A stretch of 64,000 nt of DNA from Corallochytrium limacisporum Hawaii (GCA_002811645.1 PDIP01000028.1:194939-258938); one strand, 5' to 3'. Positions 13,337-24,530 are shown, counted from the stretch's first letter. Notes: generated by a model not told the origin, from the letters alone. A program made the numbers and translations.

Positions 13337-13338
<2 letters not shown>

Positions 13339-13398
<60 letters not shown>
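13339..13398. repeat. (CT)30 microsatellite
   Basis: Read directly from the sequence. Confidence 0.95.
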
Positions 13399-13401
<3 letters not shown>

Positions 13402-15814
13402 CGCCCGCCTCCTTTGGCCCGGCCGGGGTGGTGGTGGCTGGTATTTCCTTGCTTGCTGCCCTCTCCACCAAGTCGCGGGGCCCCTGCTCTCCGTCCCGCA
13501 GGAATGTCGTTTTGGCTCAAACGCATCCCCCATTATGAATCGCTATAGTGAATGTATATACTAAGTTCTGACCTCGTCTCGGTCATGGACATTTTGACCT
13601 CATGATATTTTCTGAATTTTTTTCTTTTGGTCGGTGCGATACGACAGGAATGCTGGGGACCCCGATAATGAAACCCCGGGGGTGGTGGTGCACCTCGGTG
13701 TCGTCAGGGGATGGGCCGTGTCGCATATAGTGGTAATTGCAATAACACAGCTGGCAATATTTTCTTCTGGTGCATCACACCACCGCCTCAACCTCCGCCT
13801 TGTCTCCGAGTTTTCTGGGTCCCGTTGGATTTTTTTTTCTTCTCTTTTTTTTTTTTTTGGTTTTGATTTCCCTGGTGTCTGTCTGGTCTCTGGTGAACCC
13901 CCAAACCCCGGGGGACCCCACTTCCTTCGCTGTTCTTCCCCATTTAGCCACTACCAGTGCCGCCGCACCTTACCCCCCGGAGCCCTTCCCAGCCCACCCC
14001 TCGTTCTCCGGCAGCGCCCCCCCCCCTCCTCTCTCCGGGCGCTGTGGTAGGGGAGGGGGGGCCTCTCCTCCCGGGTAATCTCTTCGTTCTCTGTCCGGAC
14101 TGTTGATTGATCCTTGACATCGATCCGACATTCCCTCACGAGCGCCAAAAATACAGCGATGAATGGAAGAAGGAAGAACTCCAGGGGGTAGAGGGAGGAA
14201 GACGACAACACAAAAGACACCTAATCGATGGCGGCCGTAGTAGCGCTTTCGCTGCACCTGGCTGCTGCTGCCATCGTTGCTCGCTTGGCTCGCTCATCTT
14301 TCGCTAATCTCTCGTTCGGCGCTTCTGTGTCCACCGCCTTCTCCCTTGCCCCCGCCCCTCTCTCTGTCGTCGTCTCTCGTTATCTCTGACCGGTGGTGTG
14401 GGGGCCGCTTCGTTCTCTCTCTCCGTTGCCCTTCCTTCAATATTTGGATGCCTCTCCCTCTTTTGCCAGTGTGTATGTGTTAGGATCTTCTCTCCATGAC
14501 ATGGTTGTAAGGGTACACACGGATGGATGATGGTACGCAACGCAGACCCTCATTTTTGTGTGCTTCATTCTTGGAGCGGTATGGACACCGGGCATGGTGC
14601 CAACAGTACCACCCGGAGGTTTGCGCGTACCGAACATACTGGACAAATGTCCCGTACTGAAACATGTGTATACTTGGATATAGAGAGAGAGAGAACGAGA
14701 GCGCGAGGTGCGAAGCTCTCTCTCTGTTAACATTTGCCAAGAACGATAACGAAGAAAAGCGAGGGCTCTCTTAACTTGAGCCGGACCGGAGAAGTGTTGG
14801 GGGAGGGGGAGAGGAGAAAGGGGGGGAGGGTGGGGAGGGACACACACACTGTGCGGTATGGTACTTTGTCACCGTCCCTGGCTCCACCACCCAACCCACC
14901 CACTCCCCAGGCTCGCTCGCTCTCTCCCTGTTTTGCTAACCCCGCTCACCCCGAACGGGGGCCGTCCCTCCCTCTTCCCCATCCATCCATCCAATCCTCT
15001 TCGACCGCTCATGCCTCTTGCCCTCCCCCTGTCTCTCTCCCCCCCCTCCCTCTTTGCCCCCTGTGCTGACGAGTTGGCTCATTATCCTCCCATCCGTACT
15101 GTCTCCATTGTCAATTGCTTCTTTCCTTTGGTCATATTTTTTTTTGCCAGTTCGGCTCGTTTGGTGCCCTAGAATAGAAAAAATGAAGAAAATTTGAGCA
15201 AAACGGGCAGAGAGACACACGCAGGGAGAGGGTATGTGCGGATATCGAAGAAATCTTTTCGTCCGTGCAGTATGTTCACACCGTCGGTGACAAGACAAGA
15301 ACTATCTGCAGAGGGTACCAAAAATTTTCCTGGATGGCCCCTTGGCTCGTGTTGTGTTTTTTTTTGGCATGCGTTTCGGATTTTCTTTCTCCCTCTCTCC
15401 CTTTTTTGGGGGATTGCGTGAACCTTTTGCCTGTCGAGGGTCCTGCCGTGGTGCTTGCTCACAGTTAGTCTATCACTTCCCCTGCTCTCCTCTCTTCAGT
15501 TTTTTTCTCTGTTTTATTTAATTTTCTTCTCTGCTCTGCTCCTCTCTCTCTCCCTCTCTCTCTCTCCCCCCTTCCTCCTCCACACCCACACACACCCCCC
15601 CCACCGCACCTTTCGTGGCCGTACCTCCTCCCTTCGTCTCTCAAGCCCCCCTTCCATAACTGTTTCTCCCATTGATTTTATACGCTCATTTCATTGCCTG
15701 AGAGGGAAAGGAAGGAAAGAACGCGGGGGGTGGGGTGGTGAGCGAGGGAAGGGGGGGGGAGGGGGAATGGGGGCAAAGGCGAAACAAAAAATGACACACA
15801 AAAAAGAATAATTA

Positions 15815-15865
15815 AGAGAGAGAGAGAGAGAGAGAGAGGAGGGGAAGAGGCGAAAGAGAGAGAGC

Positions 15866-15927
<62 letters not shown>

Positions 15928-15959
15928 GGGAAGAGGCGAAAGAGAGAGAGCAAAAGAGA
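15815..15959. repeat. (GA)n polypurine microsatellite containing two copies of a ~38-bp unit (gaggaggggaagaggcgaaagagagagagcaaaagaga)
   Basis: Read directly; copies at about 15836-15873 and 15922-15959. Confidence 0.9.
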
Positions 15960-16832
15960 AGAAAATAAAAGGAAGAGGGAAGAGGAGGAGGAGGGGGGGA
16001 GGCCCCTCTGGCTTTCGCGTCGTTTGCTGGACACAGCTTCTTGCTTGCTGCTCTTTGCTTGCACAGGGTTTTGCCCAAAAAGTGTTTTTTTTCTTGGGTC
16101 CTCCAAGGCCACGTCCTAGCTGTCATTCATGACCCGGTCCTTTGTCTTTCTCCGTCGGTTTTGACATTTGCGTTTCGTCGTTATTCTGGGAATTGATTGA
16201 CTATTTTGTTCACCACAAGTCATCCGGCTTTTGGTTTTTTTTTTAGGATTCCATTGTCGGAATGTAATTGTATTGGAACCTATGGTTTCTGCTTTCACGA
16301 AGACATTTGTGTCACAGGTTCGTACTAGCAAAGAGAAGGTACATCAAACCTTGGGGTCCCAAAGGTCAGCTGATCCTTGGGCATGCATCAACGTTTACCA
16401 TTAACAGGGTGAGAGCTAGAACAAACCAAGGGAACCAACAGCAGAACCAGACAAAGGACCACAAATCTTGGTTTAGCATTTGCAATCCTTTTTTGCTTTC
16501 ATTTTTCTTAACACACCACTACCTTACGGAACCGACTATCAGGGGACAAGTTTTTGTTGCACGAGCAAGAGAATGCTGTAAACTTTTCTTTCGTGTTTTG
16601 AGTAGCCAGCATTTCATTTTCTTATTCCATATTTCGGTTTTACGCCAAACAGATTTTGTAAAGAATTCTGACATCTTGTTGAAACTTTGTACCGGGACTT
16701 AAGTCAAGGTTTGACAGCGCCTAACGCAGGAGTACATATCCGCCTAAAGAAGAGAGGAGACGGAGTGAAGTACAGAACTCTTCTCCCACATACACAACAA
16801 CAACAGACAGAACAGAACAGACAGACAAAACA

Positions 16833-18437
16833 ATGACAGCGGAGTCTTTGCTGAAGTTTGTCTACCGCCTCAATGGTCAAGACACCCGCAAGAAGCGCGG
16901 ACCGAAGCCCAAGCGCCAGCAAGGGGAAGGCACCAGCAGCAGTGCCGCCGCATCAAGTTCAGCAGCGGGTGGTGCAGGGGGTTCTGGTAGTAAACCTTCT
17001 CCCACCCGTGGCTCACAGCCCCAGGTTGATGCCCTCAACGATCTGCCCATGTTCAACGTTGACGTCCCTCCGGAGTACTCCTCCCGTATGGGCCGCAGAT
17101 CTTCTCTCCCCGTCCACGCCATGCCCCATGGAGCCCTGGGCATCCCTGGCCACGTAGGAAGTTCAAACCTGGCCGGTGGAAAGTCGTCGCCTTATCTGCG
17201 CACTCCCCACCACAAGATGAGGCGCAGCGGCAGCGGCGCCCTGAACGAAGACACCGACACCTCTTCCAACGAAGTCCTCGGAAAGATGCCCGAAGGCGGT
17301 ATCAACCCTGCCTACCACGCCCGTCGCCGTAGTTCCTTGGTCGCGGGCATGCCCATGGGACTGCCACTTGCCACCGGTTCGGGCGGAGACCTGTCCGAAG
17401 GAGCGGGCAGTGCCAGCAACATGACGGAATACGAAGCTATGCTCTCTCGCGCGCAGGAGGGCTTGACCGGCGCCAGCGGTGACCACCACCACGAAGAGGC
17501 ACGTGATACGCTCGGAAACATGGGACGAAGCAATGGAGCAGGACCAAGCCCCATGGACCACTTGCCGCCGGGCTTTATGGGAGGCCGTCGCCACTCTGTG
17601 GCTGGACCTTATGCGGAAGGGGTGATTATGGACGAAGAGTTCAAGATGATGGCAGCACAGCAGCACGAGTACCTCTCCCAGGTGCGCAAACTGGACCACA
17701 TGCAGCTCCAAGACGCCACCAGAACCTCGTCCAGCGGACACATTAGTCCGTCCCAGTCTGGAACTGCACTGGGTCAAGTCGTCGAAGAGGACCTCAACGG
17801 CGGCAACGTAAGCCAGGACCAGATCTCTGCAGCGCTCAAGATTCACCGCCAGCGCATGCTCTTGGAGGGCCAGCAACATCAGGCCGTGCTGGATGCACAG
17901 TTCAGTGCCCTGGAGGCTGAGCAGGGTCCTGGACCTGTAAAGAAGGGCAAACAGCGCTCGGCGGCAGGATCTGGAGCGGACCTCTCACGGCAGCACAGCG
18001 GTGTGGGCGCTCCTGGAAGCAATCCTTCCCTCCGTTCCGAGCAGAGCTACCACTCCGTCGCCAGTCCCAACGGCAGTGCGACCGAGCAGCAGCAGTTCCA
18101 CCAGCCCTCAAACATGCAGCAGGCCCAGGCAGCGGCCGTCGCGGCTCAGCAGCAGCAGCAGCAGTTTATGCGGCAACAACAGGCCGCCCAAGCCGCGGCT
18201 CAGGCCGCAGCTGCCGGCGGAGCACCTCTAGGACAGCCTGCGATGGACGACAATGACGAGCTCATGCGTATGTTGAATGGAACCGCACCCGTCCCTGCCG
18301 GCAATGGCGCGCAAGGGGGCGACGTCCTAGATGACATTTTTGAGTTTCTCGGAGACAAGGAGTGCCGGAATTACGGGGACAATCCCCTGACAAACGCACA
18401 GCACATGCAGAATCGGGGGCACATGGCAGAGCTATGA
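16833..18437 (+). CDS. 534-aa intrinsically disordered, Q/A-rich putative transcriptional regulator
   Basis: Long ORF with N-terminal basic RKKRGPKPKR, several RRxS motifs, a poly-Q/A tract and acidic-hydrophobic C-terminal 'DVLDDIFEFL'. No recognisable folded domain. Confidence 0.75.
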   Translation: MTAESLLKFVYRLNGQDTRKKRGPKPKRQQGEGTSSSAAASSSAAGGAGGSGSKPSPTRGSQPQVDALNDLPMFNVDVPPEYSSRMGRRSSLPVHAMPHGALGIPGHVGSSNLAGGKSSPYLRTPHHKMRRSGSGALNEDTDTSSNEVLGKMPEGGINPAYHARRRSSLVAGMPMGLPLATGSGGDLSEGAGSASNMTEYEAMLSRAQEGLTGASGDHHHEEARDTLGNMGRSNGAGPSPMDHLPPGFMGGRRHSVAGPYAEGVIMDEEFKMMAAQQHEYLSQVRKLDHMQLQDATRTSSSGHISPSQSGTALGQVVEEDLNGGNVSQDQISAALKIHRQRMLLEGQQHQAVLDAQFSALEAEQGPGPVKKGKQRSAAGSGADLSRQHSGVGAPGSNPSLRSEQSYHSVASPNGSATEQQQFHQPSNMQQAQAAAVAAQQQQQQFMRQQQAAQAAAQAAAAGGAPLGQPAMDDNDELMRMLNGTAPVPAGNGAQGGDVLDDIFEFLGDKECRNYGDNPLTNAQHMQNRGHMAEL

Positions 18438-18779
18438 TCTGTTTTTAAAAACCTTTTATGAAATCGAAAAAGCCAATGAGCCACTTCATCTTGTCCCTTT
18501 TGTCAACAAGAATATCAAGCTAACAAACCCACAACTCACAACAGAAAAAAGGACCCCCAAAAAAAGCCAAATCGTACAATACCATAACCTACTTGTTTTA
18601 CATCTCTCACCTTTGCGGCCTTTTAATTATATCTGCTTTTTTCTTAAAATAGGGGTGTTGGTCACAAATAACCACACTGTCACTGGTGATTACGTTGTGG
18701 TATTGGCAGTGCTGGTGACCGTGGAGAATTCACACGAGGCACGAAAGCACAAGAGACTAGGGTTACAAACTTTTTGAAT

Positions 18780-19892
18780 CTAACGTTTCAGATCCACCAC
18801 CGTACGGCCCCTGATCTTACCACTCAGGATTTGTTCCGCGATCTTGGCCACCTCGCCAAGGCCGACCGTGGTGACTACTGTCAGCTTCTCAAGGTCCACG
18901 CCCGACAGTTCTTGACCCAACCGCGCCCAGGCCTCCAACCGCAATTCCCGCGGTGCCCACACACTCTCAACCCCGTGTAGCGTCACCCCGCGCAGAATGA
19001 AGGGCGCCACCGACGTGTCTAAGTCCATGCCCGCCGCTAGACCGCAGGCAGCCACACTCCCGCCGTACTTAAGCTCGGCAATCACATTGGCAAGAATGTG
19101 AGAGCCAGTGGTGTCCACCGCACCATGCCACCGGCTCTTGGCCAGCGGATGGCTCGGAGGTCGCGGTTTGTTGTAGTCTTCGCGCCTCAAAATGTCTCCG
19201 GTCAAGCCCAGACCACGTAGGTAGTCTCCCTCTAGCTCGCCACGACCGGTAATGGCGGAGACGGTGTAGCCAGCTCGGGCCAGCAGCACCACCGCCACTG
19301 ACCCGACCCCACCGCAAGCACCAGTCACGACGACGTCCTTGTAACCCTGGTCAGGCGTGCAGCCCGCGGCCTCCAATTTCATTTTGCACAGCATGGCTGT
19401 ATAGCCTGCGGTGCCCATGGCCATGGCCGTGTGTCCGTCCATGCCCGACGGAAGGGGAATGAGGTGCTCAGCTCTGCACCGCGCCTCGGTTTGCAGTCCA
19501 CCGTGGTGGTTCTCGCCCGATCCCCAGCCAGTGAGCAGGACCCGATCACCCACCTTAACATCCGAGGAAGAAGTCTCTTTGACGGTGCCTGTAAAGTCAA
19601 TGCCGGCGATCATTGGGTTGATACGCATGACGCTTTTCACCCCACGCAGGGCGAGCGCGTCCTTGTAATTCAGGTTCGTGTACTCGACCTCCACCACGGT
19701 GTCTGCGTTCGAAACATCTCCTGTTTCCGGTGGCGTATCGATAATTGTGTGCTTGACACCCTTGCCGGCTTCTTCCTGGCGGGTGAGCAGGGCTCGGTAA
19801 TAGCGGGTACCGAATACACCCGATGCCGCAGCCGCGGTCCGTGTCGGGGCCAGCCCCCACAGGGGTGTTCTGGCGAGTACTGTTGAAGTCAT
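18780..19892 (-). CDS. acuI: Zn-independent MDR oxidoreductase of the YhdH/AcuI (acryloyl-CoA reductase) family, with a probable mitochondrial presequence
   Basis: Family motifs LNYKDALA, GIDFTGTV, GDRVLLTGWG..E.HHGG, AMAMGTAGYTAMLC, VTGACGGVGS, AACGLAAGMDL.TSVAPFILRGV. First ATG at 19892; the first ~35 aa are R/T/A-rich with no acidic residues. Confidence 0.85.
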   Translation of the reverse strand: MTSTVLARTPLWGLAPTRTAAAASGVFGTRYYRALLTRQEEAGKGVKHTIIDTPPETGDVSNADTVVEVEYTNLNYKDALALRGVKSVMRINPMIAGIDFTGTVKETSSSDVKVGDRVLLTGWGSGENHHGGLQTEARCRAEHLIPLPSGMDGHTAMAMGTAGYTAMLCKMKLEAAGCTPDQGYKDVVVTGACGGVGSVAVVLLARAGYTVSAITGRGELEGDYLRGLGLTGDILRREDYNKPRPPSHPLAKSRWHGAVDTTGSHILANVIAELKYGGSVAACGLAAGMDLDTSVAPFILRGVTLHGVESVWAPRELRLEAWARLGQELSGVDLEKLTVVTTVGLGEVAKIAEQILSGKIRGRTVVDLKR

Positions 19893-20235
19893 TCCTTTCG
19901 TTTTACTAGTCTCGTTCTTTTTTGCCAAACGCGTCCCGAATGTTTGTGTCTAAATGAAAGTGAGTGTCTGCCTCTCTCCCGCAACCGAGTGAAAAAATCA
20001 AAGTCACGTCATCAACTTCCCTGTTCCCTAGATCACTCACAGACCTTTGCTCACCGTTCACACAGTGTAGTGTTTCAGATTCACTGCCATATACCATCTC
20101 TAGATCAGTGAGCACAAGTGAATGTAAAAACCATGGAATTAGAAACCCGTACTGGCCCTCCAAGTGGACAGGACGATGCGACCGGCGATGGCGCAGGCCG
20201 CTTTGCGCTTCTCAAGCTCCGCGCTGTCTCTCTCG

Positions 20236-20238
<3 letters not shown>

Positions 20239-20276
<38 letters not shown>
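20239..20276. repeat. (TG)19 microsatellite
   Basis: Read directly from the sequence. Confidence 0.95.
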
Positions 20277-20278
<2 letters not shown>

Positions 20279-21131
20279 GCTTTTCCTGTGTTCTCCCCCA
20301 CAACCCCCCCTTCGGCCGTAGCACAACAAAGCCGGGCGGCGGGTAAGGGGGAAGGACGAGGAATCTCTCCGCAGGCCGGGTACTGGCACCCTCTCTCATC
20401 GACACCCTCTCCCGTGCACAGGGAAACCCGAACTGGCGTTTTCGGAAGACCACAAAGGAGCGAAGCGGAGGGTGGAGGAGGAAGAAGTATAATCGGCTGG
20501 CTGGCTTATTCTTTTTTTTTGTTATAACGGAAAGAGAGTTCTCGGCACCCCCCCCTTGGTAAGGACTGGCATCCACGTAGTAAACCAACGAGAGAAAAGA
20601 AAAGAAAAACTTATGGACTCGTCTTATCGCCCGAACCAACCCAACCAACCAACCCCTCCTTTCTTCCTTTCCGCTTTGTTTAGGGAAACGGGGGAAGAAT
20701 CGGACCCCCCCCCGGGGGTGGGGAGGGTTTGGGCGGTGTAGGCCCAAAGGAATGGCAAGCGATTCCTACCCCACCTTCCCCCTCCCTCGGGGTCCAGGCA
20801 GAGGAAGAGAGAAAAGGAAAAAGCTAGAACCCACAGACCGTCCCGACAAGCTCAGGCCCTTGGGGGGGAAAAGCAAACCTCAAATCCCCCCGCCCCCTTG
20901 GGGGAGGGGGGGGGAGCCACAGCGAGAGACGGGAAGGAGAGCGTGAGTGATGTCTGTTGTGACGGAGAAGCGCGAGTGCAGTGGCGAGGCTGGGCCAAGG
21001 ACGCTGTAGACGGAGGTAGCAGCAAGCCTCACAGAAGACATGGAATAAGGACATGCAAATCCGGACACATACAGTTATACTATTGTGAAAGAAGTAGTTT
21101 TAATACAGGCATTGCATCAACTACCTGGCCT

Positions 21132-23936
21132 TTAGTCGCCACCTCCGGCGCCCCGAATTTCCTCCTTCTCAGTCTCAGACATTGACTCAAAGTTTTCGTC
21201 CTCGGACAGAGGGATGGCGCCTGCGGCTCCGTCAAAGTCGAAGTCCTCGTCATCGTCTTCTTCATCATCGTCGATTACCGGTTCAGGAGGGGCAGCAGCA
21301 GGAGCTGCTCCTCCATTGACTTCCACGTGAATTTCAGGAAGATCATCTTCCATGGCTTCCCCTTCAGATGTGGCATCTCCACCAGCAGCCATCGCCTCAG
21401 CAGCGGCCGCATCAAAGTCTCCATCGTCGTCATCATCATCCTCATCGTCAGCAAGGTCATGTTGCATGCCAACGTCTTCGTCAAAATCATCCGGCAAGGC
21501 CAGGAGTTCTTCACCACCGACGCCACCACCCCTGCGTCTAGAGCGCCGAGAAGAGCCCATGGGAACAGGTTCCTCGCCTTCGCCCTCTCCTTCCACGCCC
21601 TTGGCCTCCTGTTTCTCCTCTTCCTTCTTCTTTTTCTTCTTCTTCAGTTTCTTCTTCTTCAGGACTAACTTCTTGCGCCGTTTCGTCTCCGGCACGTCGA
21701 GCTGGTCGTTGTAACCGTCGCCTCCGTCCTCGGGGATTGCCGGCTCCCGCTTCGCCGCCGCGAACTCTGTCACCTTCTTAGTTGCTTTCTTGGTGGGCGT
21801 TGCCCCAAAGCCACCGGCGGCCAGGGCCTCGGCGGTTGCGTAGAATCCAGCACTCTTGGCCACGGACCGGCGCCGGCGACCTGCGGCTGTGTACTGCGCC
21901 TCTTCAGTGCCAGTAGCCTTCGGTGCGGGCGTCTGCTCTCGGGTAGCCGGACCACTGAATCGACCGACGCCGAGCGAAGCCATCGAAGCGCGCGTGTCGG
22001 ACGTGAGGCCGGCCTTGGCGCGCGCGGTGGCCTGCGCCGTGTCCCAGACACGCGAGTCCACCACGATACCTCGAATGGACAGAGGCCGTGTCTGGCCGTA
22101 CACTGCAAAGTAGTCGCAGCACGCTCGGCACTGGTCGTCCTGGTCTGTGTCAGTGAGGGGCCGTCTGCACGTCGAGCATGTTCCATACTTACCCTTCTTT
22201 GACTGTGCATCATCGTCGACCATTGCAAAGTGATGGGCCCGATTCAAGCCACCAGCAGCAGTACTGAGGGCGTACTTGGACAGATAGTAGTATAGCACCA
22301 ATTGCTGTGTGCGGCGCCAGGGCAAATACAGTTGTTGAACCTTCCATAATTTCTTTCCCACGCTGCCAACCGTACTGCGGACGACTTCAATCTCTGTGAG
22401 GGTAAGTACGTCGCTCACGTCCCGTGACAGTTTCTTGCGCAGCGTAGTCAGAGCCTTGCCAACGTTCCCCTGGTTCGCCATGAGCGTACCAAAGGCGAGA
22501 TCGTAGACACGTAACTCACTGCGGGGGCCTAAGGCGTTACTAAGGGGTACATGCCAGGGCCGGAACATGCCCAGTCCACGCCCAGAGTCATTTGCGTGCG
22601 CGGACCCGGCCAGATCCTTGGCTGTCTGCACGTATGCATCGAGGTCATCCTCCCCTAGTTCCGGTGCCATGTCCTCGAGGGCCTGCTTGCTGAATACGCA
22701 GATGCCGCGATACTGTTTGCGCCGACGCCTGCCTTTACGTCCAATCGTACCGCGACGGTCTGCTTCGGATGCCCACTGTCTCTCTCGCAGTTTGGGACAC
22801 TCAATTTGAAACTCAGGACCAACCCGTGTCACGTGCTTCGGAAAGAAACGATGCTGGCGAGTGGGATCGTCCCTGGCGGCGTTTTCGACGTGTGTGCCAC
22901 TGTCGTCCCAGAGCCATACACTGTTGACGACGGTCGGGTCATTCTTGGCCAGGTGGGACACGGCCTGCATTGGAGTTGGTAGAAGGTCCGGATCGTCTGG
23001 GTTCGCGGCCTCGGTGGTGGTGGCAGTCACTCCGACCTTCGAAGGAGAGGACGGTGCTGTTGCTTCCAACTCTACCACAGGGGCTGGGTGAGTCGTCGTC
23101 AGCGGTGACGTAGGACCCGCACTTGGTTTCGGACTCCGCATGGGACTACGTGCAATTTCGGCCTTGAGCTCTCCCGTGCCGGTCACTGAGGGTTCTAAGG
23201 CTGCTTGCTCCGCTAGAATTTCCGCTGTGGGTGCCGTCGGAGACATTGCCGCATAGGCCGGTGCCGTCTCTGCTGTGCCAGTTGTTCCTGTGGCTGTCGC
23301 TGCTGTGGCCAACTCTCGGGCCTCTGCCTCTTCCTCCTCCTTACGAAGACGCTCCACCAATTCCTTCACAGGGCCAGGGCCAAGATCATGGTGCGGTTTC
23401 ACTTGGCGGTACTCTGCCCGTGCTGTGTCAAATGAGGTGGCGTAGTGGAATGAACGCTCGCCCCGACAGTACTCGCGAAGATCGTTGAGCGTTGCTGTAT
23501 GTACCACGGTAACTCTGCATACTATACTACCGATCGGAATCAGATCAGTGTCCACGCTGACATATACTTCTCTTTGCTTGATCAAAGCTGGCCGGCGGGA
23601 AGATTGGCTGCTCATGCTCGTCATCGAAGCCCGCAGAACGTTCCCTGACCCCGGTTCAGTCTCGCGTGCTTTTCGGCAGATCTCTTCGGTCTCCTCCAAG
23701 CGATAGACCCAATTCGCTTCGACTTTGCCGTCCGCACGGTCACTATCGATTATCCTCAGGATCCGTGCAATGCCTAGTGGCTCTGTCTCGTCTATCCGCA
23801 CAGTGACAAAGTCGCCAGAGGCAATATTTTCGTTCCCAATGAGGACTGACTTGTCCTCCTTCGGTACAAGTGGCCCCACGCCAAGAGACCCCTCTCCGGT
23901 GGCCTCAGCGATTAGTCTCTTGGCCAATACCGGCAT
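21132..23936 (-). CDS. MTA/RERE-like chromatin co-repressor: BAH + ELM2 + SANT + GATA-like zinc finger, with a basic/acidic tail
   Basis: BAH (GDFVTV..IARI..NWVYRLEET..REVYVS..IPIGSI), ELM2 (TRVGPEFQ..P), SANT (GKKLWKVQQLYLPWRRTQQLVLYYYLSK) and CSTC...CRAC..F..YG, in the MTA/RERE order. First ATG at 23936. Confidence 0.8.
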   Translation of the reverse strand: MPVLAKRLIAEATGEGSLGVGPLVPKEDKSVLIGNENIASGDFVTVRIDETEPLGIARILRIIDSDRADGKVEANWVYRLEETEEICRKARETEPGSGNVLRASMTSMSSQSSRRPALIKQREVYVSVDTDLIPIGSIVCRVTVVHTATLNDLREYCRGERSFHYATSFDTARAEYRQVKPHHDLGPGPVKELVERLRKEEEEAEARELATAATATGTTGTAETAPAYAAMSPTAPTAEILAEQAALEPSVTGTGELKAEIARSPMRSPKPSAGPTSPLTTTHPAPVVELEATAPSSPSKVGVTATTTEAANPDDPDLLPTPMQAVSHLAKNDPTVVNSVWLWDDSGTHVENAARDDPTRQHRFFPKHVTRVGPEFQIECPKLRERQWASEADRRGTIGRKGRRRRKQYRGICVFSKQALEDMAPELGEDDLDAYVQTAKDLAGSAHANDSGRGLGMFRPWHVPLSNALGPRSELRVYDLAFGTLMANQGNVGKALTTLRKKLSRDVSDVLTLTEIEVVRSTVGSVGKKLWKVQQLYLPWRRTQQLVLYYYLSKYALSTAAGGLNRAHHFAMVDDDAQSKKGKYGTCSTCRRPLTDTDQDDQCRACCDYFAVYGQTRPLSIRGIVVDSRVWDTAQATARAKAGLTSDTRASMASLGVGRFSGPATREQTPAPKATGTEEAQYTAAGRRRRSVAKSAGFYATAEALAAGGFGATPTKKATKKVTEFAAAKREPAIPEDGGDGYNDQLDVPETKRRKKLVLKKKKLKKKKKKKEEEKQEAKGVEGEGEGEEPVPMGSSRRSRRRGGGVGGEELLALPDDFDEDVGMQHDLADDEDDDDDDGDFDAAAAEAMAAGGDATSEGEAMEDDLPEIHVEVNGGAAPAAAPPEPVIDDDEEDDDEDFDFDGAAGAIPLSEDENFESMSETEKEEIRGAGGGD

Positions 23937-24456
23937 CCTTAAACTTAGTAAGGTTGATATGACACACAAACTGGGACTGGCTACATATTTTCAGCCGTTC
24001 TACATGCTTCACCCACCCAGTCGGCTCACTCGGTTCCTTTGCTGCCGATGCATGATTTCGATCAGTGTCACATTGGACAAAAGCGTAAACCACGAATGTA
24101 ACGCACAAATTTATCACCGTTTATGCTGCAGATCCCAGTGGCCTTCATGTACCTCTCTCGCTAAACCACAGTCTCCATCGGGGTCCTCTGCTCCACAGTG
24201 CTTTTGCTATACTACCCACAGCCCCTTCCACCATGCGCTGGGAAGCGCGGAGCTGCATATTCCTCCCCCTTCACCCAGCCGGGGGCTAGGCCCTGCAATC
24301 AGCTGTGTACTGCCTCGGTGCATTCACAACCGAGACCAGTCCCCGCCACCGCCCTCTGGGGCGAAACAGCAGGGCCCGCCGCCCCGAAAGACTTTGGCAT
24401 ATTCACAGTATTTTATATACTCTTTTTTTCACTCACCTTCCAAGAAGTTAACCACT

Positions 24457-24530
24457 GTTCGCGTGGTGTAGATGGTTATCACATCTGCTTAACACGCAGA
24501 AGGTCCCCAGTTCGAGTCTGGGCGCGAACA
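24457..24530 (+). tRNA. tRNA-Val (anticodon AAC), intronless
   Basis: Acceptor stem GTTCGCG/CGCGAAC with discriminator A; D-arm region TGGTGTAGATGGTTATCAC; anticodon stem TCTGC/GCAGA with loop TTAACAC; T-loop GTTCGAGTC. Confidence 0.97.

Noticed and set aside
15836-15959. 38-bp direct repeat as a transposon end or target-site duplication
   Set aside because: It is embedded in (GA)n; slippage or an assembly artefact explains it, and there is no transposase nearby.
8150-16702. Dozens of 60-280 aa ORFs in the gene desert
   Set aside because: They translate microsatellites and homopolymers (poly-P/G, ER, SL, HT) in several frames; nothing is recognisable.
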